DNA from: Syntrophales bacterium
Lineage (GTDB): Bacteria > Desulfobacterota > Syntrophia > Syntrophales > PHBD01
Length of the DNA: 64,000 nucleotides
Assembly: GCA_963668175.1 (NCBI GenBank)
Contig: OY764159.1
Location: forward strand, 1,056,001 to 1,120,000
Direction: 5' to 3'
Numbering within the stretch: the first letter of the stretch is position 1; each line of letters begins with the position of its first letter. The notes under the pieces are model-generated. The model searched no databases and was not told the DNA's origin. It saw only the letters and a list, made by a program, of their open reading frames with translations. Below, one piece after another: positions 56,390-64,000 of this stretch. The position numbers and the translations under genes were made by a program.

Positions 56390-57847
56390 TTAAGGATTCC
56401 GGCCATCGGCGAGGGCGACGGCCTTGTCGATTCTGCTCAAGAGGGAGGATTTGGACAGAATGGCCACAACCCGGTCCAATTCCGGTCCCTTCGTCCTGCC
56501 CGTGATTGCCGCCCGGATCGGCATGAAAAGCTTCCTGCCTTTGAGTCCCGTCGTCGTTCCGACTGCCTCCGTGAGCTTTCGGTAGTCGATGGCGTCGCCG
56601 CTTTCCGAGAGAACGTCGCGCAGGGCCCGGAGGACTTTCCGGGAATCCTCTTCTTTGACGATGGCGATACTCTCCGCGGACAAATCGTAGCAGTCATCGA
56701 TGAATATCCCGAGACAATCGCCGATATCCGCCAGGGTGACCAGATTGTCCTTGACGGCTTCGACGATCTGCACGAGCTGCTCCCGGTCCAGGCGGCCGAC
56801 ATCGTATCCGGCCCCGCCGATAAAGGGCAACAGGCGGTCGGTAAGCGACGAAGAGGCCTCTTTGCGGATATAGATACCGCTCAGCCAGCGGAGCTTGTCT
56901 TCGTCGAAGATGGCCCCGCTCTTGCCCGCGCGGTCGAGGGAGAAGGAGCGGACAAGCTCGTCGGCGCTGCAGACTTCCCTGCCCTCGCCGATCGATCCTC
57001 CCAACTGGGCAAGGTAGTTGATCATGACTTCGGGCAGATAACCTTTGTTCCTGAATTCCCGGACGGAGACGGAGCCGTGACGTTTGCTCAGCTTGGCCCT
57101 GTCTTTGCCCAGAATCAGGGCGTGATGGGCAAACCGGGGCGGGTTGAAACCGAGGACACGGTAGAGGAGGAGCTGCATGGCCGTATTGGACAGATGGTCC
57201 TCCCCCCGGATGACGTGGGTGATGTCCATGAGGTGGTCGTCGACGACCACGGCGAAGTTGTATGCGGGAATGCCGCTGGACCGGACAATAATGAAATCGC
57301 CGATGGCCTCGGCGTCGAACCTGACGCTGCCGCGAATCAGGTCGTCGAACGCAATCGTTCCGGACCCGGCCTGGAAGCGCCACGCAGGCTTTCTTCCCTC
57401 GGCCTCCAGCTTCCTTCTGGCTTCGTCGGTGAGCCTCCGACATCGTCCCATATAGCGGGGGGCCATGTGCCGGGAGAGGAGGGACTTGCGCTCGGCCTCC
57501 AATTCCTCTTCCGTGCAGTAACAGGGGTAAGCAAGGCCGCTGGCGACGATCCTGCCGAGATGCTCCTTATAAAGGTCGAGCCGTTCGCTCTGGTGATACG
57601 GTCCGCAGGGGCCTCCTGCTTCGGGGCCTTCGTCCCAGTCGATGGAGAGCCATTTCAGGTCCTCAAGGAGGTTGTTCTCAAAGGCCTTGGTCGTGCGCTC
57701 CCGGTCGGTGTCCTCGATCCGGAGGATGAATTTCCCGCCGTGATGCTTCGCAAAGAGCCAATTGAATAAGGCAGTCCTGGCGTTGCCGACGTGCAGTTCC
57801 CCCGTCGGCGAAGGGGCGAAGCGGACTCTGGGGTACGGGGCGGTCAT
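56390..57847 (-). CDS. gltX: Glutamyl-tRNA synthetase
   Basis: RFAPSPTG.LHVGNARTA, RIEDTD, CYC, IRGEDH, KLSKRHG. Confidence 0.96.
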   Translation of the reverse strand: MTAPYPRVRFAPSPTGELHVGNARTALFNWLFAKHHGGKFILRIEDTDRERTTKAFENNLLEDLKWLSIDWDEGPEAGGPCGPYHQSERLDLYKEHLGRIVASGLAYPCYCTEEELEAERKSLLSRHMAPRYMGRCRRLTDEARRKLEAEGRKPAWRFQAGSGTIAFDDLIRGSVRFDAEAIGDFIIVRSSGIPAYNFAVVVDDHLMDITHVIRGEDHLSNTAMQLLLYRVLGFNPPRFAHHALILGKDRAKLSKRHGSVSVREFRNKGYLPEVMINYLAQLGGSIGEGREVCSADELVRSFSLDRAGKSGAIFDEDKLRWLSGIYIRKEASSSLTDRLLPFIGGAGYDVGRLDREQLVQIVEAVKDNLVTLADIGDCLGIFIDDCYDLSAESIAIVKEEDSRKVLRALRDVLSESGDAIDYRKLTEAVGTTTGLKGRKLFMPIRAAITGRTKGPELDRVVAILSKSSLLSRIDKAVALADGRNP

Positions 57848-58323
57848 CGGTCGCTTCCCTTCACGGTAACGACGGCCAGGGCGGCCACGCCCTCGCCTTT
57901 ACCCGTAAAACCCATGCCTTCGTTCGTTTTGGCCTTGATATTGATCCGATCTTCCGGAAGGCCGACAACCCAGGAGATATTGGCGACCATGGCAGCGATA
58001 TGCGGAAGAAGTTTGGGCTTCTCCATAATGACGGTGGCGTCGATGTTGTTCAACCGGAATCCTTTCTCCGCAGCCAGGGCTTTGACGGCCTCGAGCAGTT
58101 TGAGGCTGTCGATACCCTTGTAGCGGGGGTCCGTATCGGGAAAATGGCGGCCGATGTCTCCGGCTCCGATTGCGCCTAGGATGGCATCACAGACGGCGTG
58201 CAGAAGGACATCCGCATCCGAGTGGCCCAGAAGTCCCTTTTCATGAGGGATATCCACGCCCCCGATTATCAGGCGGCGCCCCTCCGTAAGTCTGTGGCTG
58301 TCGTAACCGATACCGGTTCTCAT
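57844..58323 (-). CDS. ispF: 2-C-methyl-D-erythritol 2,4-cyclodiphosphate synthase
   Basis: GYDSH, GHSDADV..HA, GDIG.HFPD, KAKTNEG. Confidence 0.97.
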   Translation of the reverse strand: MRTGIGYDSHRLTEGRRLIIGGVDIPHEKGLLGHSDADVLLHAVCDAILGAIGAGDIGRHFPDTDPRYKGIDSLKLLEAVKALAAEKGFRLNNIDATVIMEKPKLLPHIAAMVANISWVVGLPEDRINIKAKTNEGMGFTGKGEGVAALAVVTVKGSDR

Positions 58324-59021
58324 GTTCCATTCTCCCGGGTCATGATCTGTTCCGCCAGGGCCAGGTCTTCTTTGGTCGTTATCTTGATGTTGTCGTACGA
58401 ACCGGCCAACACCTTGACGGGCAGGCCGATTCTCTCGACGAGAGAGGCGTCGTCGGTCCCGTAATATCCGTCCGCAGCGGCCTGCCGGTGGGCCTTGACG
58501 ATGATTTCGGTCCGGAAAGCCTGCGGTGTCTGAATCGTCCAGATACTGTCGCGAGGCAGGGTACTTTGGACGAACCCTTCGGCCGATACGTTCTTCATGG
58601 TATCTTTGGCCGGACAGCCGACCGTGACGGCGCCGAAGGCTTCCGCATCCCGGACAGCGCGGGTGATCAGATCATCCATAATGAAGGGCCGGACGCCGTC
58701 ATGAATCAAGGTGATACCATACCCTTCTCCCGCCGCATCGAGTCCGTTTCTTACGGAATCCTGACGCTGGATCCCGCCGGAAACGACGGCCTTCACCTTC
58801 GTCAGACCGTATCGTTCGACGATCGCCTGTCTTACGGATGCGACATCTTCAGGGGGGACGACCAGGACAACGGCCGAAACCGCGCCGGATTCCTGAAACC
58901 GCTCCAGCGTATGGGCCAGGATGGGCTTGCCCGCGAGGAGGAGATACTGCTTGGACAGAGTCCCCCCCATTCTTTTTCCGGAGCCTCCGGCGGGTATGAC
59001 GGCGACGGCTTTTTCAGACAT
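58320..59021 (-). CDS. ispD: 2-C-methyl-D-erythritol 4-phosphate cytidylyltransferase
   Basis: PAGGSGKRM...KQYL, RQDSV, IHDGVRP, QTPQAF, TDD, NIKITT. Confidence 0.97.
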   Translation of the reverse strand: MSEKAVAVIPAGGSGKRMGGTLSKQYLLLAGKPILAHTLERFQESGAVSAVVLVVPPEDVASVRQAIVERYGLTKVKAVVSGGIQRQDSVRNGLDAAGEGYGITLIHDGVRPFIMDDLITRAVRDAEAFGAVTVGCPAKDTMKNVSAEGFVQSTLPRDSIWTIQTPQAFRTEIIVKAHRQAAADGYYGTDDASLVERIGLPVKVLAGSYDNIKITTKEDLALAEQIMTRENGT

Positions 59022-59081
59022 TCGGCACCGATACATAAAAAAAGCCCAGGTCTTTTATTTCCCCGAGCTTTTTTCAGAAAT

Positions 59082-60113
59082 TTACGATTTTGCGTTCGTG
59101 GTCGGCGTGGGTTTCTTATCGGAGGCGACGGATTTCATCTCGGAGAAGATCATCCGGCCCGCCGTCGTCTGCAGTACGCTGGTGACGAGAGCTTCTACGG
59201 TTGCCCCTTGGTGCTTATGGGCGTTGTCCACGACGATCATGGTACCATCATCCAGGTAGGCTACGCCCTGGCCTGGCTCTTTGCCTTCCTTGATGATTTT
59301 GACGGTCATTACTTCACCGGGAAGAACGACCGGTTTGAGGGCGTTTGCCAACTCGTTAACGTTAAGAATTTTGATTCCTTGAAGTTCCGCTACTTTGTTC
59401 AGGTTGAAATCATTGGTGATAATCTTGCCATCCATCTTCTTTGCCAAAGCGATCAGTTTGGCATCGACATTTTTCACTTTGGGAAAATCCTGATCGACGA
59501 TCTCTATGTTGATGCCCTGGATTTTTTGCATCCGGTTTAAGATATCAAGGCCGCGCCTCCCCCGGGAACGCTTCATGGAGTCGGACGAATCGGCGATATA
59601 TTGCAATTCGTCAAGGACAAACCGGGGGACCATCATGCTGCCTTCGATGAATCCCGTCTCGCAGATATCGGCGATGCGCCCGTCGATGATCACGCTGGTA
59701 TCCAGAATCCTGTAATCACCGCTATCCTTGGCGGCGCGCATGCCGAAAATATTGAATTCCTCTATTTTTTTTGAACCTATAACCAAGCCAAGGTAGGCCA
59801 TGATGACGGACATCAGGGTATAGACCCATGGTACAACCTCTTGCTTTTCCTTGATATTGCCTACGAAGCTCAATCCATAGGCCAGGAGGAAGGCAATGAT
59901 AAGGCCGATGATCATTCCGACGACGCCGCCGAATATGACGCGGAAAGATACTTTCCTTATGGCCTGTTCAGCCTGAATAACGAAGAGGGCAATAAAAAAT
60001 CCGACAATTAATCCTAACCAGGAAAAAGGAATTCCAAAGTCAAAGTATGCAATAAAAAAACCGCTGATGGAGCATGCCACGACTAATAGAAATCTGATAA
60101 TCAATCTTTTCAC
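59082..60113 (-). CDS. Membrane PIN/TRAM domain protein (YacL family)
   Basis: N-terminal TMs; LDTSVIIDGRI, RGRRGLD, TNDFNLNKVA, QGVAYLDDGTM, QTTAGRMIF. Confidence 0.92.
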   Translation of the reverse strand: MKRLIIRFLLVVACSISGFFIAYFDFGIPFSWLGLIVGFFIALFVIQAEQAIRKVSFRVIFGGVVGMIIGLIIAFLLAYGLSFVGNIKEKQEVVPWVYTLMSVIMAYLGLVIGSKKIEEFNIFGMRAAKDSGDYRILDTSVIIDGRIADICETGFIEGSMMVPRFVLDELQYIADSSDSMKRSRGRRGLDILNRMQKIQGINIEIVDQDFPKVKNVDAKLIALAKKMDGKIITNDFNLNKVAELQGIKILNVNELANALKPVVLPGEVMTVKIIKEGKEPGQGVAYLDDGTMIVVDNAHKHQGATVEALVTSVLQTTAGRMIFSEMKSVASDKKPTPTTNAKS

Positions 60114-60309
60114 CTCCTCTCTTGTATGCTTTTATAACCCCTATGCTTATAAAGATATTATAGAAATAATAGAAATATGGAAAAAATATAATGATAGTTC
60201 AGGGGCCGTGCTTGTTTCAGAAATCGCTTTTGAAAGAAGGAGTGAGCAAGTTGTCAAAGAGCTTTTTATATTAAAATCATGGCCTTGATTACAACCACGA
60301 TGGTTTCTC

Positions 60310-60795
60310 TCACTGCATGGTGAAGATCATGTGGAGGTCGTTTTCGATCTTCGTCTCGTCCGAATTGGAAGCAACGGAAATTTCCTTGATGAGCAGACTT
60401 TTGGCCGTATCCATCATTTTTCGCTCGCCGAAAGAGAGGTTCTTGTCGCTCTTGAGGATAAACAAGTCCCTGAGGACCCGGGCGATTTCGTATACCGAAC
60501 CGGTCTTAATCTTTTCCAGGTATTCCCTGTATCTTTTGTTCCATGTCTGTTTATCGATAATGACATCCTTGTTCTTCAGGATGGCATAAACCTTGGGTAT
60601 CTCTTCCTTGGGAATAACTTCCCTGAGGCCTACGGAATCCGCGCTGTTTAGGGGGATCATGATTTTCATGCCGTTGCCCATGATTTTCATGATGTAAAAC
60701 AACTGTTTGTTCCCCATGATATCACGGTTTTCTATGGCCTCGATAACTCCCACACCCTGCGCCGGATAAACGGCTAAGTCGCCTACTTTGAACAT
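60310..60795 (-). CDS. carD: CarD/CdnL family RNAP-binding transcription factor
   Basis: F.VGD..VYP..GVG.I, WNKRYR, LSFGER; lies upstream of ispDF. Confidence 0.93.
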   Translation of the reverse strand: MFKVGDLAVYPAQGVGVIEAIENRDIMGNKQLFYIMKIMGNGMKIMIPLNSADSVGLREVIPKEEIPKVYAILKNKDVIIDKQTWNKRYREYLEKIKTGSVYEIARVLRDLFILKSDKNLSFGERKMMDTAKSLLIKEISVASNSDETKIENDLHMIFTMQ

Positions 60796-60831
60796 TTTTA
60801 CACCACCGATTTTATTCGATTAGAACTTGGC

Positions 60832-60860
60832 AGGTTATCACAAGTTTTGAATTTCGTCAA
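60832..60860 (-). promoter_or_regulatory. carD promoter with extended -10
   Basis: Minus strand TTGACG-17 nt-(TGA)TAACCT. Confidence 0.6.
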
Positions 60861-61166
60861 TATATATTATGAGGTTCAAATCGCCCGCAGGATTTAGTGC
60901 CTTTCCGCTCGTCCTGATCGCGGAGAGAGCGGTGGAATCCTGTGATACCCCAGGGGCGGAACGACAGGACCGCGGAGTCAGGCGCTGTGGTCCGGAATGT
61001 CACCGGGCGGAATCGCCCTGGGTTAAAAAATCGCATTGACACCTTCGTTCCTGAACGGGATAATTCATATGACGGACCTGGTTCCGGATATCCGTCCTTA
61101 CGCATCCGACGGCGATATCCGCCGGCCGGCCGGTGCCGGAACGTCACGCATGAGACGGATAAGGCT

Positions 61167-61409
61167 ATGAAGACAACGTGCCCCGGGGCATCGGCTTTAC
61201 GGACACCGACACTCAAGCGAAAGCAATGTCCGGAATGCGGTGAATTCCTGGAAATATTTTCCGATGAAGTAAGTGTCGCCTGCGGGCGGTGCGGTTTCAC
61301 CGTTTTCGACAACGAGGCGTCCTGCTTCGAGTGGTGCAGGCACGCGGAAGCCTGCCTCGGCAAAGCCCTGTACAAACGGATGAAACGAAACCGGGAGCGC
61401 GGAAGTTAG
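61167..61409 (+). CDS. Small Cys-rich Zn-ribbon protein
   Basis: 80 aa with CPG, CPEC, CGRC, CFEWC...C; upstream TTGACA-17-GATAAT promoter near 61036. Confidence 0.7.
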   Translation: MKTTCPGASALRTPTLKRKQCPECGEFLEIFSDEVSVACGRCGFTVFDNEASCFEWCRHAEACLGKALYKRMKRNRERGS

Positions 61410-61876
61410 CGGGAGGCCTTGCGGTATCCTGCCTTAATGGCCTCTTCTTCAGAACGGAATTCGACCCTGTGATAGGCGTCCACCTGATCGTAATAGGCCA
61501 TTCCCGGCAGATGGTAGCGCTTGCTGTCGCTGTTGCCGATCACAGCGACCTTCGGTTGTTTTGAAGAGGGGGGTGAAGGCTTGGTCGTATTCTCCCGGGA
61601 AGCGGCCGGGGCGGATGCGTTTCCGTCCGGCGACGGGGTTCCATCTGTCTTCGGCGGCGGTGCGGCCGGCTGTGCCGTCGGGTTGGTCATCGTCGCCTGG
61701 GGTGCAGTCTGTGCTGTTTGGGGAGGAACGGCCTCCACAGCCCGGGGTTCCGAGCCCGGCTGCGGGCCGGACACTTGCTTGACGCCATAGACAAGCAGGC
61801 CGTCCAAGGCGGCGGCCAGGATAAATACGATCAAAAGCAGGAGTAATTTCAACGCAGCATGCATAGTCTCGTCCAT
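61406..61876 (-). CDS. Membrane-anchored protein with Pro-rich linker and Ada metal-binding-like C-terminal domain
   Basis: TM, P/A/T-rich linker, GNSDSKRYHLPG...F.SEEEA.KAGYR. Confidence 0.65.
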   Translation of the reverse strand: MDETMHAALKLLLLLIVFILAAALDGLLVYGVKQVSGPQPGSEPRAVEAVPPQTAQTAPQATMTNPTAQPAAPPPKTDGTPSPDGNASAPAASRENTTKPSPPSSKQPKVAVIGNSDSKRYHLPGMAYYDQVDAYHRVEFRSEEEAIKAGYRKASR

Positions 61877-62255
61877 CCCTGAGGGGCAGCGGGCAATCCG
61901 TTCCTGTCTTGTCGCCGGCTGGTTCTTCGAGCCCCCGGAGATTAAATGAATGAACCTACCATGTCAACGAAAATTACGGTTTTTCGAGGGTATCTTTCGC
62001 ACAGTAGAATCTTGAATTTCGAAATAGTGCGCAATCCAGGCAGCCGAAAACCTGCCGTGCAAGTCAGGCCTGCCGGCTTATGTAAACTCCGAAAAAGAAG
62101 AGTGCCGGTTCGGACTTCATAGTGAACGTTTATCATTTTGTTGCGAAGGAGCGTTCTGTCCGGCCCGGAAACGACATTGAGATTGACTTATCGTTGCTTT
62201 CATATAAACTGGCGTCATCGTTGTCCATCATGAAACCATACAGGGGAGGAATCCT

Positions 62256-64000
62256 ATGAAGAGGCTTATACCTTTGTTATTCATCGCCGTATTTTTATTG
62301 ACGGGGTGTGCTACGACCGGCGGAGGCGGGAAAGTGGAAATCATGCTGGCGGCTCTGTTGCAGGAAGAAATAGAACAGGATGAAGGAGGCGGGCTCGGCG
62401 GACCGATGGGACCGAGGACAGCCCATATGCCGCTGACCGCCCTGGTCGACAGCGTCGCCTTTTCGCCAGACGGACGCTATGCGGCGTCCGGACTCAACGA
62501 CAACACCATTATGATCTGGGACATTTCGCTGGCAAGGAATGTTGCCATTCTTAAGGGCCATAAGGCCTCGGTTATGGCCGTCGCCTTTTCCAAAGACTCG
62601 GACAGGCTCGTTTCGGGAGGAGCAGACGGCAGGATCGTCCTCTGGGATATCCTTACGGGCGAGGAATTAAAGAGCCATATGACCTATTCGAAGGGTATCA
62701 ACTGTGTGGCCTTCTCTGCCGATGGACGGTTTCTCCTCGCCGGAACGGACAATCAGGAAGTCGTCGTCTGGGATATCACGTCGGGCGGTAATGTCCGTAA
62801 ATTCAAAACCGGGGAGCAGGCCGGCGATTCGAGGATCGTCATCCCCTACGCCTTTTCGAATGACGGGCGCTACGCCCTGTCGGTCAACAGCGACAATACC
62901 CTGATCCTTTGGGATGTCAAATCGGGCAAGGAAACGAAGCGTTTTTCCGGCTCCCTGGGGAATGTCGCATCCCTGGCCTTTTCCCTCGACGGGAAACGAG
63001 CGTTGGCCGGGAACAATGGCGGCGATGTCAAACTTCTCGATACCGCCTCCGGGACCGTATTGAAGACCCTCAAAGGACACGACAGCCAGGTTCGCAGCGT
63101 TGCTTTCTCGAAAGACGGCCTCTATGCCGTTTCGGGAAGCCGCGATAGAACGGCGAAAGTCTGGGACCTTGCCGCCGGCAAGGACATCATGACCATGACC
63201 GGCCATACGAATGCCGTCAAGAGCGTCGCCATGTCGCCCAACCAAATCCTCGTGGTAACCGCAGGTACCGACGGCACGACACGGTTCTGGAATGTCAAAA
63301 CGGGTGAGGAGATCGTGACGGCGGCCAAGACCGTGAAGTATCTGCCGGCCATGTATGTCAAATCCCGCGTCGGTGCCAGACAGGACGAGTTTAAAAACCT
63401 GGTCGATGCCTGGGTGATATTGACCCCGGACGGATATTATAACGGGTCCTCCAATGCCTTGGGTAATTTGAACGTCCTGAAGGGACTTTCCATTTACACG
63501 ATCGAACAGTTCTACGACGTCTTCTATCGCCCGGATATCATCATTGCCAGGCTGCGGGGCGAAGATACGAAAGACTGGGTCACGCTGACCATCGACGACG
63601 CCCTTAAGAATCCTCCTCCCGATGTGGATCTCTCCTCCGTCCCGAGCCGTACCGACGAAGAGTTCATCAAGGTGGACTATTCGGTGGAAAGCAACGGCGG
63701 CGGGATCGGCGAAGTGAGGCTTTTTCACAACGGGAAACTCGTCAAATCGGACGGCTACTATCGCGAGATCAAAAGACCCACGCAGGATAAGGTTACGCTG
63801 ACGGCCTACAGCGGAAAAGCGATCAGGGAGGATTTACGCGGGGTCGCCATCGTGGCGAAAAAGGAAGGCAAGGTCAGCATGATCGAGTCCGCTCCCAAGG
63901 GCAACGCCTTCAAGGGCAGCGTGACGATCGAGGCCATCCCGGGTGAGAATGAGATCGCCTTGGCCGCCTTCAACAAGGACAACACCATACAGAGCATGTT
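62256..64000 (+). CDS. WD40-repeat lipoprotein (3' end outside window); C-terminal caspase-like domain predicted from family architecture; not in the ORF track
   Basis: My translation: MKRLIPLLFIAVFLLTG-C lipobox; multiple GH...VAFS.DG...SG..D....WD repeats; WVILTPDGYY, QFYDVFYRPD, GGGIGEVRLFHNGKLV; GGAGG SD. Confidence 0.85.
   Translation, partial: MKRLIPLLFIAVFLLTGCATTGGGGKVEIMLAALLQEEIEQDEGGGLGGPMGPRTAHMPLTALVDSVAFSPDGRYAASGLNDNTIMIWDISLARNVAILKGHKASVMAVAFSKDSDRLVSGGADGRIVLWDILTGEELKSHMTYSKGINCVAFSADGRFLLAGTDNQEVVVWDITSGGNVRKFKTGEQAGDSRIVIPYAFSNDGRYALSVNSDNTLILWDVKSGKETKRFSGSLGNVASLAFSLDGKRALAGNNGGDVKLLDTASGTVLKTLKGHDSQVRSVAFSKDGLYAVSGSRDRTAKVWDLAAGKDIMTMTGHTNAVKSVAMSPNQILVVTAGTDGTTRFWNVKTGEEIVTAAKTVKYLPAMYVKSRVGARQDEFKNLVDAWVILTPDGYYNGSSNALGNLNVLKGLSIYTIEQFYDVFYRPDIIIARLRGEDTKDWVTLTIDDALKNPPPDVDLSSVPSRTDEEFIKVDYSVESNGGGIGEVRLFHNGKLVKSDGYYREIKRPTQDKVTLTAYSGKAIREDLRGVAIVAKKEGKVSMIESAPKGNAFKGSVTIEAIPGENEIALAAFNKDNTIQSM

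Noticed and set aside
1..64000. CRISPR arrays, IS elements, integrases or prophage genes
   Set aside because: No regularly spaced repeats and no transposase, integrase or phage motifs seen in the sequence or ORF track

Overview
A core-genome segment of an anaerobic deltaproteobacterium (Desulfobacterota, probably Syntrophales-like; inferred from gene content and order). It opens with the end of the spc/alpha ribosomal superoperon (map, infA, rpmJ, rpsM, rpsK, rpsD, rpoA, rplQ). Next come folC, an unusually large TPR-fused lptD, rplM-rpsI-argC, signalling and metal genes, trxA, and tRNA-Gly/tRNA-Cys. A ~12 kb flavin-based electron-bifurcation cluster follows (HdrL-type hdrA, mvhD/flxD, flxC, hdrC, hdrB, flxB, flxA, then nfnAB). 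It converges on an F0 ATP synthase sub-operon (atpZ-atpI-atpB) that lacks atpE, and a small MamI-like membrane protein is transcribed divergently from that sub-operon. The rest holds UPF0182-MaoC-MFS/SpeE, pgpA-cinA-thpR-kdsB-acyltransferase, ileS-lspA, pckG, a feoA-feoB fusion, ppiD, carD-PIN/TRAM-ispD-ispF-gltX, and a WD40 lipoprotein running off the window. I found no transposon, prophage or CRISPR array. Best leads: the MamI-like protein beside the atp genes, the TPR/Ig-LptD fusion, the HdrL-Flx-Nfn supercluster, several stand-alone mini-domains resembling parts of transcription/translation factors, and promoter and start-codon peculiarities. All homology calls are by eye and from memory; no searches were run.
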